Shown piece by piece: positions 1 to 13,345 of a stretch of DNA of 64,000 nt. Each line of letters begins with the position of its first letter. Positions within the stretch are counted from its first letter, which is position 1. Under the pieces are notes generated by a model. It did not search any database and had not been told where the DNA came from. It worked only from the letters and a program-made list of their open reading frames with translations. The stretch comes from an uncultured Hormoscilla sp. (GTDB lineage Bacteria > Cyanobacteriota > Cyanobacteriia > Cyanobacteriales > Desertifilaceae), in contig OZ001293.3 in NCBI GenBank assembly GCA_963921275.4, positions 5,120,001 to 5,184,000 of the forward strand, given 5' to 3'. The translations under genes and the position numbers were made by a program.

Positions 1-236
1 CCAGCGGGCTTAGTTCATGTAGCCTCACCCGGTGAGGGCTGAGTCTAGCCCGCGCCGGCGGGCTTAGTTCATGTAGCCCCACCCTTTAGAGTGAGGCGTA
101 GCCAGCGGGCTTAGTTCATGTAGCCCCACCTTTAGAGTGAGGCGTAGCCAGCGGGCTTAGTTCATGTAGCCCCACCCTTTAGGGTGAGGCGTAGCCAGCG
201 GACTTAGTTCATGTAGCCCCACCCTTTAGGGTGAGG
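1..236. repeat. Tandem ~47-nt hairpin (REP-like) repeats, about 5 units, truncated by the window start
   Basis: Unit GCCAGCGGGCTTAGTTCATGTAGCCCCACCCTTTAGGGTGAGGCGTA repeated head to tail with no unique spacers. Confidence 0.85.
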
Positions 237-258
237 GCATCTTGAAAAGCCCCAGCAG

Positions 259-867
259 TTACAAAATCACCCGAACAACATTGCTAGCGGTTCCAGCGCC
301 AGTTTTGTTAACAGGAATAACGCGATACCGTAAGGTTTCTTCCACAGGTTGATTCACTAACATAGTCCCGGGTTTAATCGCAGTTGCCACATTTAGCCAC
401 ATTTGATGAACCGCATCGAACCTTTGCACTTCATAAGCAGCGACTTTACCGCCATTCCGAGACTGTTTCCAGCTCAAGCTGACAACACCAGGACTAATGC
501 GGGTAGCTTCCAAAGTGTGAGTCGCCCCGGGAACCGCTAAAGTATTTCCTTGAGCACGTCCTCCCCAACCAAGCAGCTTCAACTTATTATCATCCCGTTT
601 AACTATCGATTCAGCATAGCGGATATCGGTCTTCAATTGCTCAACCATCTCTTTGAGGATAGCTTTTTTTTCAGCACAAGCAAGTTCAGCAGCAGCCTTT
701 GTAGCCACCTGCTGCTTTTGGGCCATTTTCAACTTATTAAGAGTAGTTTCGAGATCCGTTGTGGGAATTACTGGCGCAGGATATAACTCCTTGTTAGCAT
801 TCAACCCATCGATCATATTTTGAGCTAAAGCGACTATTTCAGATTCTCTTTCTGGAAACTTAACCAT
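259..867 (-). CDS. Fibronectin type III domain-containing protein with N-terminal helical/coiled-coil region
   Basis: 202-aa ORF; C-terminal LSW...V..YEVQR...W...YRV..VN..G.G..S pattern typical of Fn3. Confidence 0.7.
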   Translation of the reverse strand: MVKFPERESEIVALAQNMIDGLNANKELYPAPVIPTTDLETTLNKLKMAQKQQVATKAAAELACAEKKAILKEMVEQLKTDIRYAESIVKRDDNKLKLLGWGGRAQGNTLAVPGATHTLEATRISPGVVSLSWKQSRNGGKVAAYEVQRFDAVHQMWLNVATAIKPGTMLVNQPVEETLRYRVIPVNKTGAGTASNVVRVIL

Positions 868-1239
868 GACTTTCTATATTCTAAACGACCAGGAACTGCG
901 CGAGGGATGTCTGTGCCCTCTGGAACAATAGCAAGGCACAGAGATATCGAATCTTACATCGAGTAAAGCACCAATAGGTTCTAAGGTGGCTTCTTTATAG
1001 GCTTAGTTTGACTCATACCCGCTTCACTCATACTCGCTTCAGTTTTGCTCATACCTGCTTTAGTAGGTATAGCTTATATTTGCTTCATGTTTGCTTATAC
1101 CTGCCTTAGTTTGTTTCATACATAGTCAAGTATTTTGCTAACTAGGCTAAGTTTGTACAGAAACAGAGAGGGTATGGGCATCTTTTTGGTAGCGTCAGCA
1201 GAGAAGTTCGATATCTCTGCCAGAACTCTTATCCCAGGG

Positions 1240-1311
1240 CGGTGTCTGGAGCATGCCGTATCCCTTGCGGGAGCGCTGTTTGCAGCCTGGTCCTTCAGGA
1301 CAAGAGCATGC
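1240..1311. repeat. Dispersed ~80-nt element (family 3, GGYGTC...GACRCC ends), partial copy
   Basis: Near-identical reverse complement of 5251-5331. Confidence 0.75.
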
Positions 1312-1429
1312 ACTGGTAAATTGCAGACAGCATAAGGGCTTCAGCGATTTAACCAGAGAGCGCACGGACTTTGATGCTATAATCACACAGTCAAAAGTGA
1401 AATCGGACAGTTTGTCCAATAATTAAGTA

Positions 1430-1661
1430 TAGCGTTTCTTAAATTGATATGATACAGCCGCCCGAACCCGTGCATGGTCCGGACCCTAAAGGGTCCGGCT
1501 ACAGGAACAAACCCCGCTGGCGCGGGCTAGAAGACCGCCCGGACCCGTGCATGGTCCGGACCCTAAAGGGTCCGGCTACAGGAACAAACCCCGCCTGCGC
1601 GGGCTAGAAGTGAGATGCATCCATCTCCGACAGCAGATCACACAAAGGATGAGAACTGCTA
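1430..1661. mobile_element. IS630-type MITE carrying two ~77-nt REP-like hairpin repeats (1458-1610)
   Basis: TA|TAGCGTTTCT...AGAACTGCTA|TA ends resemble the IS630 ends at 32592/35310; internal direct repeat with GGACCCTAAAGGGTCC hairpins. Confidence 0.55.
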
Positions 1662-1704
1662 TAAGATTTTAATAGTAAATTAAAATCTTATAGCAGTTCT
1701 TCAG

Positions 1705-1960
1705 ATGTTTCTCCCTTCCCAGGTATGGATCCCTATTTAGAGTATCCTGAGCTGTGGCCAGAGGTGCATAATCGTTTGATTATCGCGATCGCGGATGCTG
1801 TAGCCCCCTCTCTACCGGCTAAATATCGAGTAGCGATCCAAAAGCGCACCTAATTTGAGCGAACCGGAAGATTCCGTCTTGGTGGGTATTCCCTCGGTAT
1901 TGTCGAAAACATCAACCCATCAGTCAACAACTCTAACCTCATCAACTATAGCGGTTGCCC
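1705..1960 (+). pseudogene. DUF4058 family protein fragment
   Basis: Reads SPFPGMDPYLEYPELWPEVHNRLIIAIAD...QKRT*; start out of frame, internal stop, 3' part lost. Confidence 0.75.
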
Positions 1961-2085
1961 CGGCGTCTTCCGCATGCTCTTATCCTGAAGGACACGGCTG
2001 GCGCTCGCGATCCGGTGCCAAGGCTGCAAGCAGAAGACGCTGCTTGGGCTGACGCCCTGTTACGCGATCGGGAACTTCGGTAGTG

Positions 2086-4323
2086 CTACCCATTACCATT
2101 ACCAGATTCGACATATCTTTGCCACATTTGTTCGTAAGCATTCTCCATCTCGCGGGTAAACTGCTTGGCATTCCACAGGGGTGCTGTCTGTCGTGACCGG
2201 CGCAGTCGCCAGGAGATTTGCTGTCGCAGCACGGGGTCTTCCCCCAAGCGAACGCCCCACTCTACATACTCTTCATCTGTCCAAGCAATACCCTCTGTGA
2301 TGCCCGCATTCATCATCATAGTATAGCTGTTACGAGCCGCAAATTGTTCTCCCACTCGCGTCACCAAGGGCACGCACATCCATAGGGTTTCCAGCGTCGT
2401 CGTGGCTCCATTATAGGGATAAGTATCTAGCACCACATCCGCAATCCCTAGGTTAGCCCGGTGAGTTGCTTCTGATGGCGCTGCTGACAAAAAGCGCAGG
2501 CGATCGGGACTCACGCCCTCTTCTTCTGCCAACTGGATAAAAAAGGTTTTAATTGTATCTCGATCGCCCAAACCCTTGATCGCGAAATAGCTATTCGGCA
2601 CCTCTTTAATAATCCTCAGTTGCAGTCGTGCTGTATCTGGATTACGCTTATACCCCCTCTGTGAACTAAAATACAACACAACATCGCTCTCCAGATCCAA
2701 CTGTTCGCGTCGCAGCGTTGGCACCGCCACCTCAAACCCATCTACCGCTACATAGGTTTTGGGCAGTCGCCAGATGGTTTCGCTATAGTAATCCTGAGCA
2801 TCCTCGGGCAACACATAGGGATCTGCGATCGTGTAATCAACCGTTGGTATGCCCGCAGCATCCCAACCCAACCACGTTACTTGAACTGAAGCAGGTTTCA
2901 TTGCCATCACCCCACAGGAAATGTCTAGGGTAAGGCTATTAAGATCGACCAAAATATCTATTTCATCCTCATAAATTTTTTCTGCTGCTTCCTCCCATGT
3001 CAGACCTAGTTTGCGGGCATAACTCACGTGCTCGACGAACCACTCCTGCAACGGGTCTTTGATCTTCGCTCTATAGTTGATAAAATAGCCATATATATCA
3101 TATTTTTCGCGATCGTGATACTCAAATAGCCATCTAGCTAGCCAGCCAACCGAATGAGACTTTAAGCAATGAGATAAATACCCAATTCTCAACGGTTTTG
3201 TACTATTAGTTGTTAAGCTAGATAAATATCTTTGGCGGTATCGATCAACTCTCTCTTGTTCGTGGAGTTCTACATAAGTTTGGCACAACTGTGCCACGTT
3301 ATTATGAAGCTGGCGATTATTTCTTGGATCGTCTCTAAAATAGGGGGAGAAATAGGTTGTCGTGTAGATGCGAAAACATATTGCTAAATCAGCAAGGTAA
3401 GTTTTTTCCTCGCACATGGGAATTACTAATGATAATTGTTGCTCCCAGGCATCAACTGCTTCGGACCAACGTCCACCAGCACTCATTAACCCCCGAATTA
3501 GTACATATTTGGCATACAGTTTACCTGGTAATGTTTTTACGAAGGGATAGCCATTTTTCGCCATTTCTATTCCCAGATCGTACTGACCAGCATTCTGATA
3601 GTAAGTCGATATCTGCATCCATATATCTGCCTCTTCAGGAGCTATTTTTAAACATAATTTTCCCAATGTTATTGCCACGTCAATTCTGCTCAGATTCTCA
3701 GAAATCCTGACGCTGCCCTCCATCAATATCCTAATTAAAGCTAGAGGTTCGCGGATCTGAGGTAAGCAGGCTTCGACAAACTCTATTAGTAGGGGATCCA
3801 GCGGGGCTTCTTCTAAAAAAACCTGCAAGACTTGCAACAATAAATCCGAGTTAACTTCTGCTTTTGCATCTGACTTGAGCGTCTCTATTACTCCCCACTC
3901 AGTCAACTGTTCTTCAGTTAACATCTTCTGCTTAAGGGAGATTTCAATAATTCTCAAAATATTATTTATATCATTGGGGATAATTTCCCGGATATGCTGC
4001 CTTATTGCCCAGGCTACTTCATAATCTAATAAACTTTCTCTACGTTCTGCTTCTGTCTGCAAAACCTCAACTAATTCCCCTGTCCAAGAGTCAATTTCTT
4101 CTCCCTCTGCCTCTCCTATGACTAGCATCCAGGTAATTTGGGCTTCTACTTCTTCACCTTCCAGTAGCAACGCCAATCCCAAATACCAATAATTTGATCT
4201 TACTTCTGGATCTGCTTCAATTGCCTGCTGATAAAGCTTGCAGGCTTTACTATATTCCCCTTTTATTATATATTCAATGAAAGGTGGCTGCTCTTGAGCT
4301 ATAATCGTGGCAACACTCATCAC
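2086..4323 (-). CDS. TPR-containing O-GlcNAc transferase (SPINDLY/GT41 family)
   Basis: N-terminal TPR-like helices; LRIGYLS...HSVGW, EIDILVDL, QVTWLG, DVVLDTYPYNGATTTLETLW motifs. Confidence 0.9.
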   Translation of the reverse strand: MMSVATIIAQEQPPFIEYIIKGEYSKACKLYQQAIEADPEVRSNYWYLGLALLLEGEEVEAQITWMLVIGEAEGEEIDSWTGELVEVLQTEAERRESLLDYEVAWAIRQHIREIIPNDINNILRIIEISLKQKMLTEEQLTEWGVIETLKSDAKAEVNSDLLLQVLQVFLEEAPLDPLLIEFVEACLPQIREPLALIRILMEGSVRISENLSRIDVAITLGKLCLKIAPEEADIWMQISTYYQNAGQYDLGIEMAKNGYPFVKTLPGKLYAKYVLIRGLMSAGGRWSEAVDAWEQQLSLVIPMCEEKTYLADLAICFRIYTTTYFSPYFRDDPRNNRQLHNNVAQLCQTYVELHEQERVDRYRQRYLSSLTTNSTKPLRIGYLSHCLKSHSVGWLARWLFEYHDREKYDIYGYFINYRAKIKDPLQEWFVEHVSYARKLGLTWEEAAEKIYEDEIDILVDLNSLTLDISCGVMAMKPASVQVTWLGWDAAGIPTVDYTIADPYVLPEDAQDYYSETIWRLPKTYVAVDGFEVAVPTLRREQLDLESDVVLYFSSQRGYKRNPDTARLQLRIIKEVPNSYFAIKGLGDRDTIKTFFIQLAEEEGVSPDRLRFLSAAPSEATHRANLGIADVVLDTYPYNGATTTLETLWMCVPLVTRVGEQFAARNSYTMMMNAGITEGIAWTDEEYVEWGVRLGEDPVLRQQISWRLRRSRQTAPLWNAKQFTREMENAYEQMWQRYVESGNGNG

Positions 4324-4575
4324 AATCCTCTATATCCTCTATCTGTATCAATTAGTAACCAATATTTTCTTGGTTTATTCGTAGCATTTAACTTAACTGC
4401 TATAGATAAAAAGCGAGCAAAGCAATCTGGGGTGCATCCCAGTTTTGCAATATAGCCCGCGCCAGCGGGCTTTGTATCTGTAGCCGGACCCTTTAGGGCG
4501 ACAACTGCCCGCTTCTAAAAACCTTGAAAATCTATGAACTGAAACCTCAGCCTCTAGGGTTTGGCAATTAGCTAG

Positions 4576-5097
4576 TTAAAGCTGTGAATAGTTTCTAGGG
4601 CAAGTTGGAGCAGCTGTGTTATATGTTTCCGTTGGTTTAGCTTGATTATTATTGTCGCTTTCGCACAAGGCAGAAAACGTGGTTGTGTCAGCAGAAGTGC
4701 TGGATACATTTACTACTCCTACATAGGACTTCAGGTTTGCATTACCTGCACTCGTACCCCAGTTCGTTACACCAGTCGATCGGCCAAGGATTCCATACAT
4801 GTAGTTCTCAGTTTTTGTCTGAATGTTAAGACCCAAATCACCAACATTGGCGATATCGGTAACAAACTCACTCTTTTCCACGTAGTAGGCTTGCTGTCCC
4901 CGGTTCATTGAACCGACATAGGTTTTCGCCTCGGACTGCCTGGCTTTGTTTGCTTGGTTGAGGAACGAGGGCAAGGCAATGGAGGACAGAATCCCGATGA
5001 TGATGATTACCACCAGCAGTTCAATCAGCGTAAAGCCCTTGTCTTGCCTCTTATCGATCAAGTGTTGCAGGAATTTGGTCTTAAATTCAGTCTTCAT
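4576..5097 (-). CDS. Type IV pilin (cyanobacterial PilA-like)
   Basis: Prepilin cleavage motif G|FTLIELLVVIIIIGIL; ALPSFLNQANKARQSEAK; C-terminal Cys pair. Confidence 0.9.
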   Translation of the reverse strand: MKTEFKTKFLQHLIDKRQDKGFTLIELLVVIIIIGILSSIALPSFLNQANKARQSEAKTYVGSMNRGQQAYYVEKSEFVTDIANVGDLGLNIQTKTENYMYGILGRSTGVTNWGTSAGNANLKSYVGVVNVSSTSADTTTFSALCESDNNNQAKPTETYNTAAPTCPRNYSQL

Positions 5098-5250
5098 GAG
5101 TAGTCTCTCCTTGAGGTGGGGGATACGTTGCTTCTAACTCCCTAATTTATCATACCAACTTTCTTCCCTGTTTAGATCACTTCCCATAAAAAAATCTCTA
5201 ACGCCCTCCCAGTCAGCGTTCCAGCAGAATATACCCTCAAGAACCGGGTG

Positions 5251-5331
5251 GGCGTCTTCCGCATGCTCTTGTCCTGAAGGACCAGGCTGCAAATAGCGCT
5301 CCCGCAAGGGATACGGCATGCTCCAGACACC
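5251..5331. repeat. Dispersed 81-nt element (family 3)
   Basis: GGCGTCTTCCGCATGC...GCATGCTCCAGACACC; related copies at 1240-1311, 1961-2042 and a fragment near 11412. Confidence 0.75.
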
Positions 5332-5488
5332 AGTCATTTGTTGGCAGTCAAATCACTACATCTCGATCGCTACCGTCTCTTGTTCTAGACAACTACGAGT
5401 TCTCTAGAGGCATTATCGCGTCTGGAATAATGGGAACAGCAGCGTCATACCGCTTGTTTCACGCTTCCCAGACTCTATGACTGAGTCG

Positions 5489-5986
5489 TCCGACTCAGTC
5501 AGGTACTTCCCCGACTGACTGCTGCATTTCGCCCCAGCAGTCAGGTACTTCCCCGACTGAGTGCTGCATTTCACCTCAGTAGTCAGATACCTCCCCGACT
5601 GAGTGCTGCATTTCACCTCAGCAGTCAGATACCTCCCCGACTGACTGCTACATTTCACCTCAGCAGTCAGGTACTTCCCCGACTGAGTGCGGCATTTCAC
5701 CTCAGCAGTCAGATACCTCCCCGACTGACTGCTACATTTCACCTCAGCAGTCAGGTACTTCCCCGACTGAGTGCGGCATTTCACCTCAGCAGTCAGATAC
5801 CTCCCCGACTGACTGCTGCATTTCACCTCAGCAGTCAGGTACTTCCCCGACTGAGTGCGGCATTTCACCTCAGCAGTCAGATACCTCCCCGACTGACTGC
5901 TGCATTTCCCTCAGCAGTCAGATACCTCCCCGACTGAGTGCGGCCTTTCACCCCAGCAGTCAGGTACTTCCCCGACTGAGTCGGGG
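5489..5986. repeat. Tandem 42-nt repeat array, about 12 units, partly alternating A/B units
   Basis: CATTTCACCTCAGCAGTCAG(G/A)TAC(T/C)TCCCCGACTGA... units; the minus-strand ORF 5413-5868 reads the repeat. Confidence 0.9.
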
Positions 5987-6218
5987 ACTCTATTCATTCA
6001 GTTAGAGAGTCTTCCAGAAGAAATTTACACGGCCAACTTTATTTATTCTCAAGCAAAATAGATATCGCACGTGCATATAATTCTTCAAGAATGACAAACG
6101 AGGAAGATCGCGTCGTGGGTCACAAGTAGTGATTTTAGCACCAGCAAACCCTTTACGACGTGCTGTTATCAACCCTACAACTGCCACCAAGCGGTGACAA
6201 TTGTCTTTTTTCACCAAT

Positions 6219-7053
<835 letters not shown>

Positions 7054-7090
7054 TGTACTATATTAGTCGTAATGGGTTAGGATAAGTGCT

Positions 7091-8524
7091 ATGGCAAGCC
7101 CGACAGTAGAAAACTTGGTAATCATTGGTTCTGGTCCTGCTGGCTACACGGCGGCGATCTACGCTGGCCGTGCTAACCTCAAACCAGCGGTCTTTGAAGG
7201 CTACCAAATGGGTGGTATTCCTGGCGGTCAACTGATGACCACAACGGAAGTGGAGAATTTTCCTGGCTTCCCCGACGGCATTACTGGCCCGCAACTGATG
7301 GACAGAATGAAGGCTCAAGCAGTGTACTGGGGGGCCCAGCTATATACTGAAGATGTTATAGCTGTTGACTTGATCCAGCCACGTCACCGTGTCGGAAAAA
7401 TCGGAAGTAGTGCGAATAGCCCTCTCCCGAGACATCCAAGTCCCTTTACTGTCCGATCGTCCGATCGGACATTACACACCCACAGCATTATCATCGCCAC
7501 CGGAGCCACAGCAAAGCGGTTAGGACTGCCCTCTGAGGAGAAATTCTGGAATCAGGGCATCTCTGCATGTGCTATATGTGATGGTGCCAGTCCCATATTT
7601 AAGGGAGTAGAGTTGGTGGTCATTGGTGCTGGCGACACAGCAGCAGAAGAAGCAGTCTATCTAACCAAGTATAGCGCCCACGTTCATATACTAGTGCGGC
7701 GGGACCAGATGCGAGCCTCTAAGGCGCTGCAAGACAGAGTCTTGGATAACCCCAAAATCACGGTCCACTGGCATACCGAGGCCGTGGACGTATTCGGTGC
7801 CAATGGTAAGATGCAAGGGGTGAAGGTGAAAAATAATCAGACAGGCGAAATGAGGGAGTTACCTGCTGGCGGTCTGTTCTATGCTATTGGTCACACCCCC
7901 AATACTCAACTTTTCCAAGGTCAACTAGAACTGGATGAGGTGGGTTACATTGTGACTAAGCCCGGTTCGGTAGAAACTAGCGTGGAGGGGGTCTATGCTG
8001 TGGGTGACGTACAAGACCGCGAGTTTCGTCAGGCCGTGACGGCTGCTGGTAGCGGCTGTATGGGGGCAATGTTAGCAGAAAAATGGCTTTCTGCCAATGG
8101 GTTGGCCCAGGAGTACCATCAAGAAGAAAGCAATAAAGCGCTGACTACAAACAATGTTCATAGTGAGGACTTGAGTTCTCAAAAATCTGATATCTTTGAC
8201 ATAGCAGCGACGCGACATCAGGGTGGTTATGCCTTGCGCAAGCTTTTCCATGAGAGCGATCGGCTGATCATGGTAAAATACTCTGCGCCTACCTGCGGCC
8301 CTTGTCACAGTCTCAAACCCATTTTAAGCAAGGTAGTAGACGAGTTCGATAACAAGATCCACTATGTAGAAATTGACATCGAACAAGATCCCGAGATTGC
8401 TGAGAATGCGAGTGTCACCGGTACTCCCACCGTACAGTTCTTCAGGGACAAGGAATTAATCCATCAATATCAAGGCGTCAAGCCAAAGAGTCATTACCGG
8501 GAAACGATCCAAAGCAATTTGTAA
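7091..8524 (+). CDS. trxB: NADPH-dependent thioredoxin reductase C (NTRC: TrxB fused to a thioredoxin domain), with a ~20-aa insertion
   Basis: GSGPAG FAD motif, CAIC active site, C-terminal CGPC thioredoxin domain. Confidence 0.95.
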   Translation: MASPTVENLVIIGSGPAGYTAAIYAGRANLKPAVFEGYQMGGIPGGQLMTTTEVENFPGFPDGITGPQLMDRMKAQAVYWGAQLYTEDVIAVDLIQPRHRVGKIGSSANSPLPRHPSPFTVRSSDRTLHTHSIIIATGATAKRLGLPSEEKFWNQGISACAICDGASPIFKGVELVVIGAGDTAAEEAVYLTKYSAHVHILVRRDQMRASKALQDRVLDNPKITVHWHTEAVDVFGANGKMQGVKVKNNQTGEMRELPAGGLFYAIGHTPNTQLFQGQLELDEVGYIVTKPGSVETSVEGVYAVGDVQDREFRQAVTAAGSGCMGAMLAEKWLSANGLAQEYHQEESNKALTTNNVHSEDLSSQKSDIFDIAATRHQGGYALRKLFHESDRLIMVKYSAPTCGPCHSLKPILSKVVDEFDNKIHYVEIDIEQDPEIAENASVTGTPTVQFFRDKELIHQYQGVKPKSHYRETIQSNL

Positions 8525-8531
8525 TTGGCGA

Positions 8532-9410
8532 ATGGCTAATGGGCAATATACAATGAATGGTCATAAACCCCGACGCCCCAGCCTCTCAATGCAACTGATG
8601 GCTGTGGGGGCTGCTATTACTCTGGCCTTTGTGGCGATCGCCCTCTTGGTCTCCCTATTTCAAGCCTGGGGATGGATACAGGATCCGACGGAGTCTTTGA
8701 TCAACCCGGTACATGAATCACCCTCATGGTCTCATTGGTTTGGCACGACGCGCCAGGGTTACGATGTTTTCTCTCGTACTATGTTTGGCACCCTTGCTGC
8801 ATGGCGGGTCGTCCTGTTGGCGACAGCCCTGAGTCTAGCTGTTGGCGTCCCCCTCGGCTTAGTCAGCGGCTATCTGGGGGGTAGATTAGACTGGCTGTTA
8901 CTATTCTTGATGGATACCATCTATACCCTACCAGGGCTGCTGCTTTCCCTGACTCTGGCCTTTGTGGTGGGACGAGGAGTGTTTAATGCCGCGATCGCCC
9001 TCAGCATTTCCTACGTCCCCCAATACTACCGCGTCATCCGCAACCACACAGTCAGCGTCAAAACCGAACTCTTTATCGAAGCGGCCCAAGCAATGGGGGC
9101 CTCCACCTGGACAGTCCTGACTCGCCACCTATTACTGAATGTAATTCAAAGCATACCAGTTTTGTATACCCTGAACGCCGCTGATGCTATTCTCACCCTG
9201 GGAGGATTGGGATTTCTGGGACTAGGACTGCCCTCAGAAGTGCCAGAATGGGGACAGGATCTACGTCTGGCCCTGGATGCCTTGCCCACCGGCATTTGGT
9301 GGACCGCCTTCTTTCCGGGCATGACCATGACATTAATGATTGTGGGCTTATCTTTGCTGGGAGAAGGTTTAAATGAGTTTGTTAATCCCAAGCTGCGACA
9401 GCATTCCTAA
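8532..9410 (+). CDS. Peptide/nickel ABC transporter permease (DppC/OppC-like)
   Basis: HWFGT..G.DVFSR, EAA motif (FIEAAQAMGAS), LGFLGLG...PEWG. Confidence 0.9.
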   Translation: MANGQYTMNGHKPRRPSLSMQLMAVGAAITLAFVAIALLVSLFQAWGWIQDPTESLINPVHESPSWSHWFGTTRQGYDVFSRTMFGTLAAWRVVLLATALSLAVGVPLGLVSGYLGGRLDWLLLFLMDTIYTLPGLLLSLTLAFVVGRGVFNAAIALSISYVPQYYRVIRNHTVSVKTELFIEAAQAMGASTWTVLTRHLLLNVIQSIPVLYTLNAADAILTLGGLGFLGLGLPSEVPEWGQDLRLALDALPTGIWWTAFFPGMTMTLMIVGLSLLGEGLNEFVNPKLRQHS

Positions 9411-9441
9411 TTCCTAGTAATGGCTGCGCCACAAAACCAGC

Positions 9442-10395
9442 ATGGAAACAGATGTCTTATCAAACCCCGATAATCACCTAGAAGTGATTGGCATTGATAT
9501 TGGGGGAACGGCAGTTAAGCTAGGCAGATTTGGTCCGGATGGCAGTTGCCATCAGTCGATGACAGTGGCCACACCCAAACCCCAATTACCTGCCACAGTT
9601 CTGGAGGTGACAGTAGAGGCGATCGCCCAGTTGGATCCCGAACCGGAATGTTTGGCGATCGGGGTGGGCTTACCCGGTCCGGTGGATGGCCCTGGTAGAA
9701 CATCTCTGATCGCCATTAACCTAGTTTCTTGGCAGGACGTTCCTTTCGCAGACTGGCTAGAAGAAAAAACTGGACTGCCAGCAATTCTCGCCAACGATGC
9801 CAACTGTGCGGCTTTGGGAGAAGCATGGACCGGTGCCGGACGCCAGTTTCAGAATCTGATTATGCTTACCCTCGGTACGGGAGTGGGCGGTGCTATTATC
9901 CTGGATGGCAAGCTGTTTACAGGTCATAGCGGTGCCGCTGGGGAACTGGGGTTAATTACCATCGAACTTTACGGTCACAAGTGCAATAGTGGTAATCGGG
10001 GATCTTTAGAACAGCATGTTTCTGTGCCAGCGGTACGTCGGCGGACTGGCTTGACTCCTGCTGAACTCGCCCACATGGCGAAAGTGGGCAATAGGCAAGC
10101 ATTGGAATTCTGGAAAACCTACGGACATCATCTGGGTGCGGGGTTGGCTAACCTAATTTACATTCTCACCCCAGAGGCGATCGTCCTGGGCGGAGGCATT
10201 AGTGAAAGTGCCGAATATTTCTTGCCCGCGACATTATCAGAAATCAAACAGCGGGTACTGCCAATTTCTCGTGAAGGTTTGCAGGTGTTAGTCGCCCAGT
10301 TGGGCAACCGGGCGGGAATGGTAGGGGCAGCTAAGTTAGCATGGCAGATGATTTCCCAAAAATCTGCGAGTACCAGTCAGCATTTGTCCAGGTAG
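9442..10395 (+). CDS. ROK family sugar kinase
   Basis: GIDIGGT, NDANCAALGE, TLGTGVGG, C.SGNRGSLE motifs. Confidence 0.9.
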   Translation: METDVLSNPDNHLEVIGIDIGGTAVKLGRFGPDGSCHQSMTVATPKPQLPATVLEVTVEAIAQLDPEPECLAIGVGLPGPVDGPGRTSLIAINLVSWQDVPFADWLEEKTGLPAILANDANCAALGEAWTGAGRQFQNLIMLTLGTGVGGAIILDGKLFTGHSGAAGELGLITIELYGHKCNSGNRGSLEQHVSVPAVRRRTGLTPAELAHMAKVGNRQALEFWKTYGHHLGAGLANLIYILTPEAIVLGGGISESAEYFLPATLSEIKQRVLPISREGLQVLVAQLGNRAGMVGAAKLAWQMISQKSASTSQHLSR

Positions 10396-10459
10396 AACAG
10401 AATTGTCAGACTAGCGCTAAAGCATTAACAATCAAGCCTTAGCAAGAGTTCAGAAAAAA

Positions 10460-11368
10460 ATGATAGCATATAAGTGGCTAAAGGAAATCAAGAAAGAATT
10501 TTACTTGGTGATTGCAGGGGGGATATTGGCCTCAGCATTAGGCGGGGCAACCTTATCAATTATACTGTACAAATATCCTGCACCTTCACCACCGACCATA
10601 GAACCTGCTGCCAGCAACAGGAGACCGACTGAGTCAATATCAGCACCTGAAGCTTTCGCAGAAAAACCAGCTACGGATGAAGAACAAGAATTAGGACGGA
10701 AACCAATTGACCTGTCCGATGAAGTGGAACCGGGTAGCGAGTTCGATAGTTTTCGTCAAGAACTGCGGCAAGCTGTAACAGAACGAAATGCTTATTTTAT
10801 CCGTTCGATTTTACCAGCAGATGGCATATCCTTGGGGTTCAATACTCCGCGAGGGATCGAGGATATGGGCCTGGAAAACCCCGACGGACGCTTCTGGTCT
10901 TTGCTGGAAAAGGCGATCGCGAACAGTTGTGCCGCAGAAGCTGGCGATAACTATCCCCCCGTAGATCCAGGCACCAAAGTTTGGATTTGTTCTAACGTTG
11001 CCAAAGAATTTGACCGTCAGTACCCAGCACCCCCATTCTCAGGACAGGACTGGGAATTGAATCACGTGATCGTTGTCGGTAGAGGCGTTAACGTGCGATC
11101 GCGACCATCTTTAAACAGCAAAGTGATTAGCCGCCTTTTCAACGAAGTAGTCAAGCTTGACCGCGAGACGGCGGAAAAACAATGGCAAGAAGAGGTAGAA
11201 AAAGGCAGAGAGGTTGACCCGATCTACGGTTGGACTCCAGTGATTATACCCAATGGGGAAAAAGGTTACGTCTACAATCGTTATATATATGGTCCCTTAG
11301 AAAATCGGGCAGTATTTGGTAAAGTAGCAGGAGAGTGGCATTTGCTCTCGATGCCCGGAGGAGACTAA
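10460..11368 (+). CDS. Membrane-anchored protein with bacterial SH3-like domain
   Basis: N-terminal TM helix; VNVRSRPS...W..V....G.KGYV pattern. Confidence 0.7.
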   Translation: MIAYKWLKEIKKEFYLVIAGGILASALGGATLSIILYKYPAPSPPTIEPAASNRRPTESISAPEAFAEKPATDEEQELGRKPIDLSDEVEPGSEFDSFRQELRQAVTERNAYFIRSILPADGISLGFNTPRGIEDMGLENPDGRFWSLLEKAIANSCAAEAGDNYPPVDPGTKVWICSNVAKEFDRQYPAPPFSGQDWELNHVIVVGRGVNVRSRPSLNSKVISRLFNEVVKLDRETAEKQWQEEVEKGREVDPIYGWTPVIIPNGEKGYVYNRYIYGPLENRAVFGKVAGEWHLLSMPGGD

Positions 11369-11457
11369 AATCAGTTTAAGATCTGAGATTTCGATGTTCA
11401 TAGTGGAGAAAGCATGCTCCAGACACCGCGGATATGTTTGCAAAATAAGCAAAAATC

Positions 11458-13341
<1,884 letters not shown>

Positions 13342-13345
13342 ACTC

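Noticed and set aside
1..236. CRISPR array
   Set aside because: Units are contiguous with no unique spacers, and there are no cas genes in the window
5489..5986. CRISPR array or confident protein-coding gene (ORF 5413-5868)
   Set aside because: No spacers; an open frame arises easily from a stop-free 42-nt unit and there is no other coding evidence
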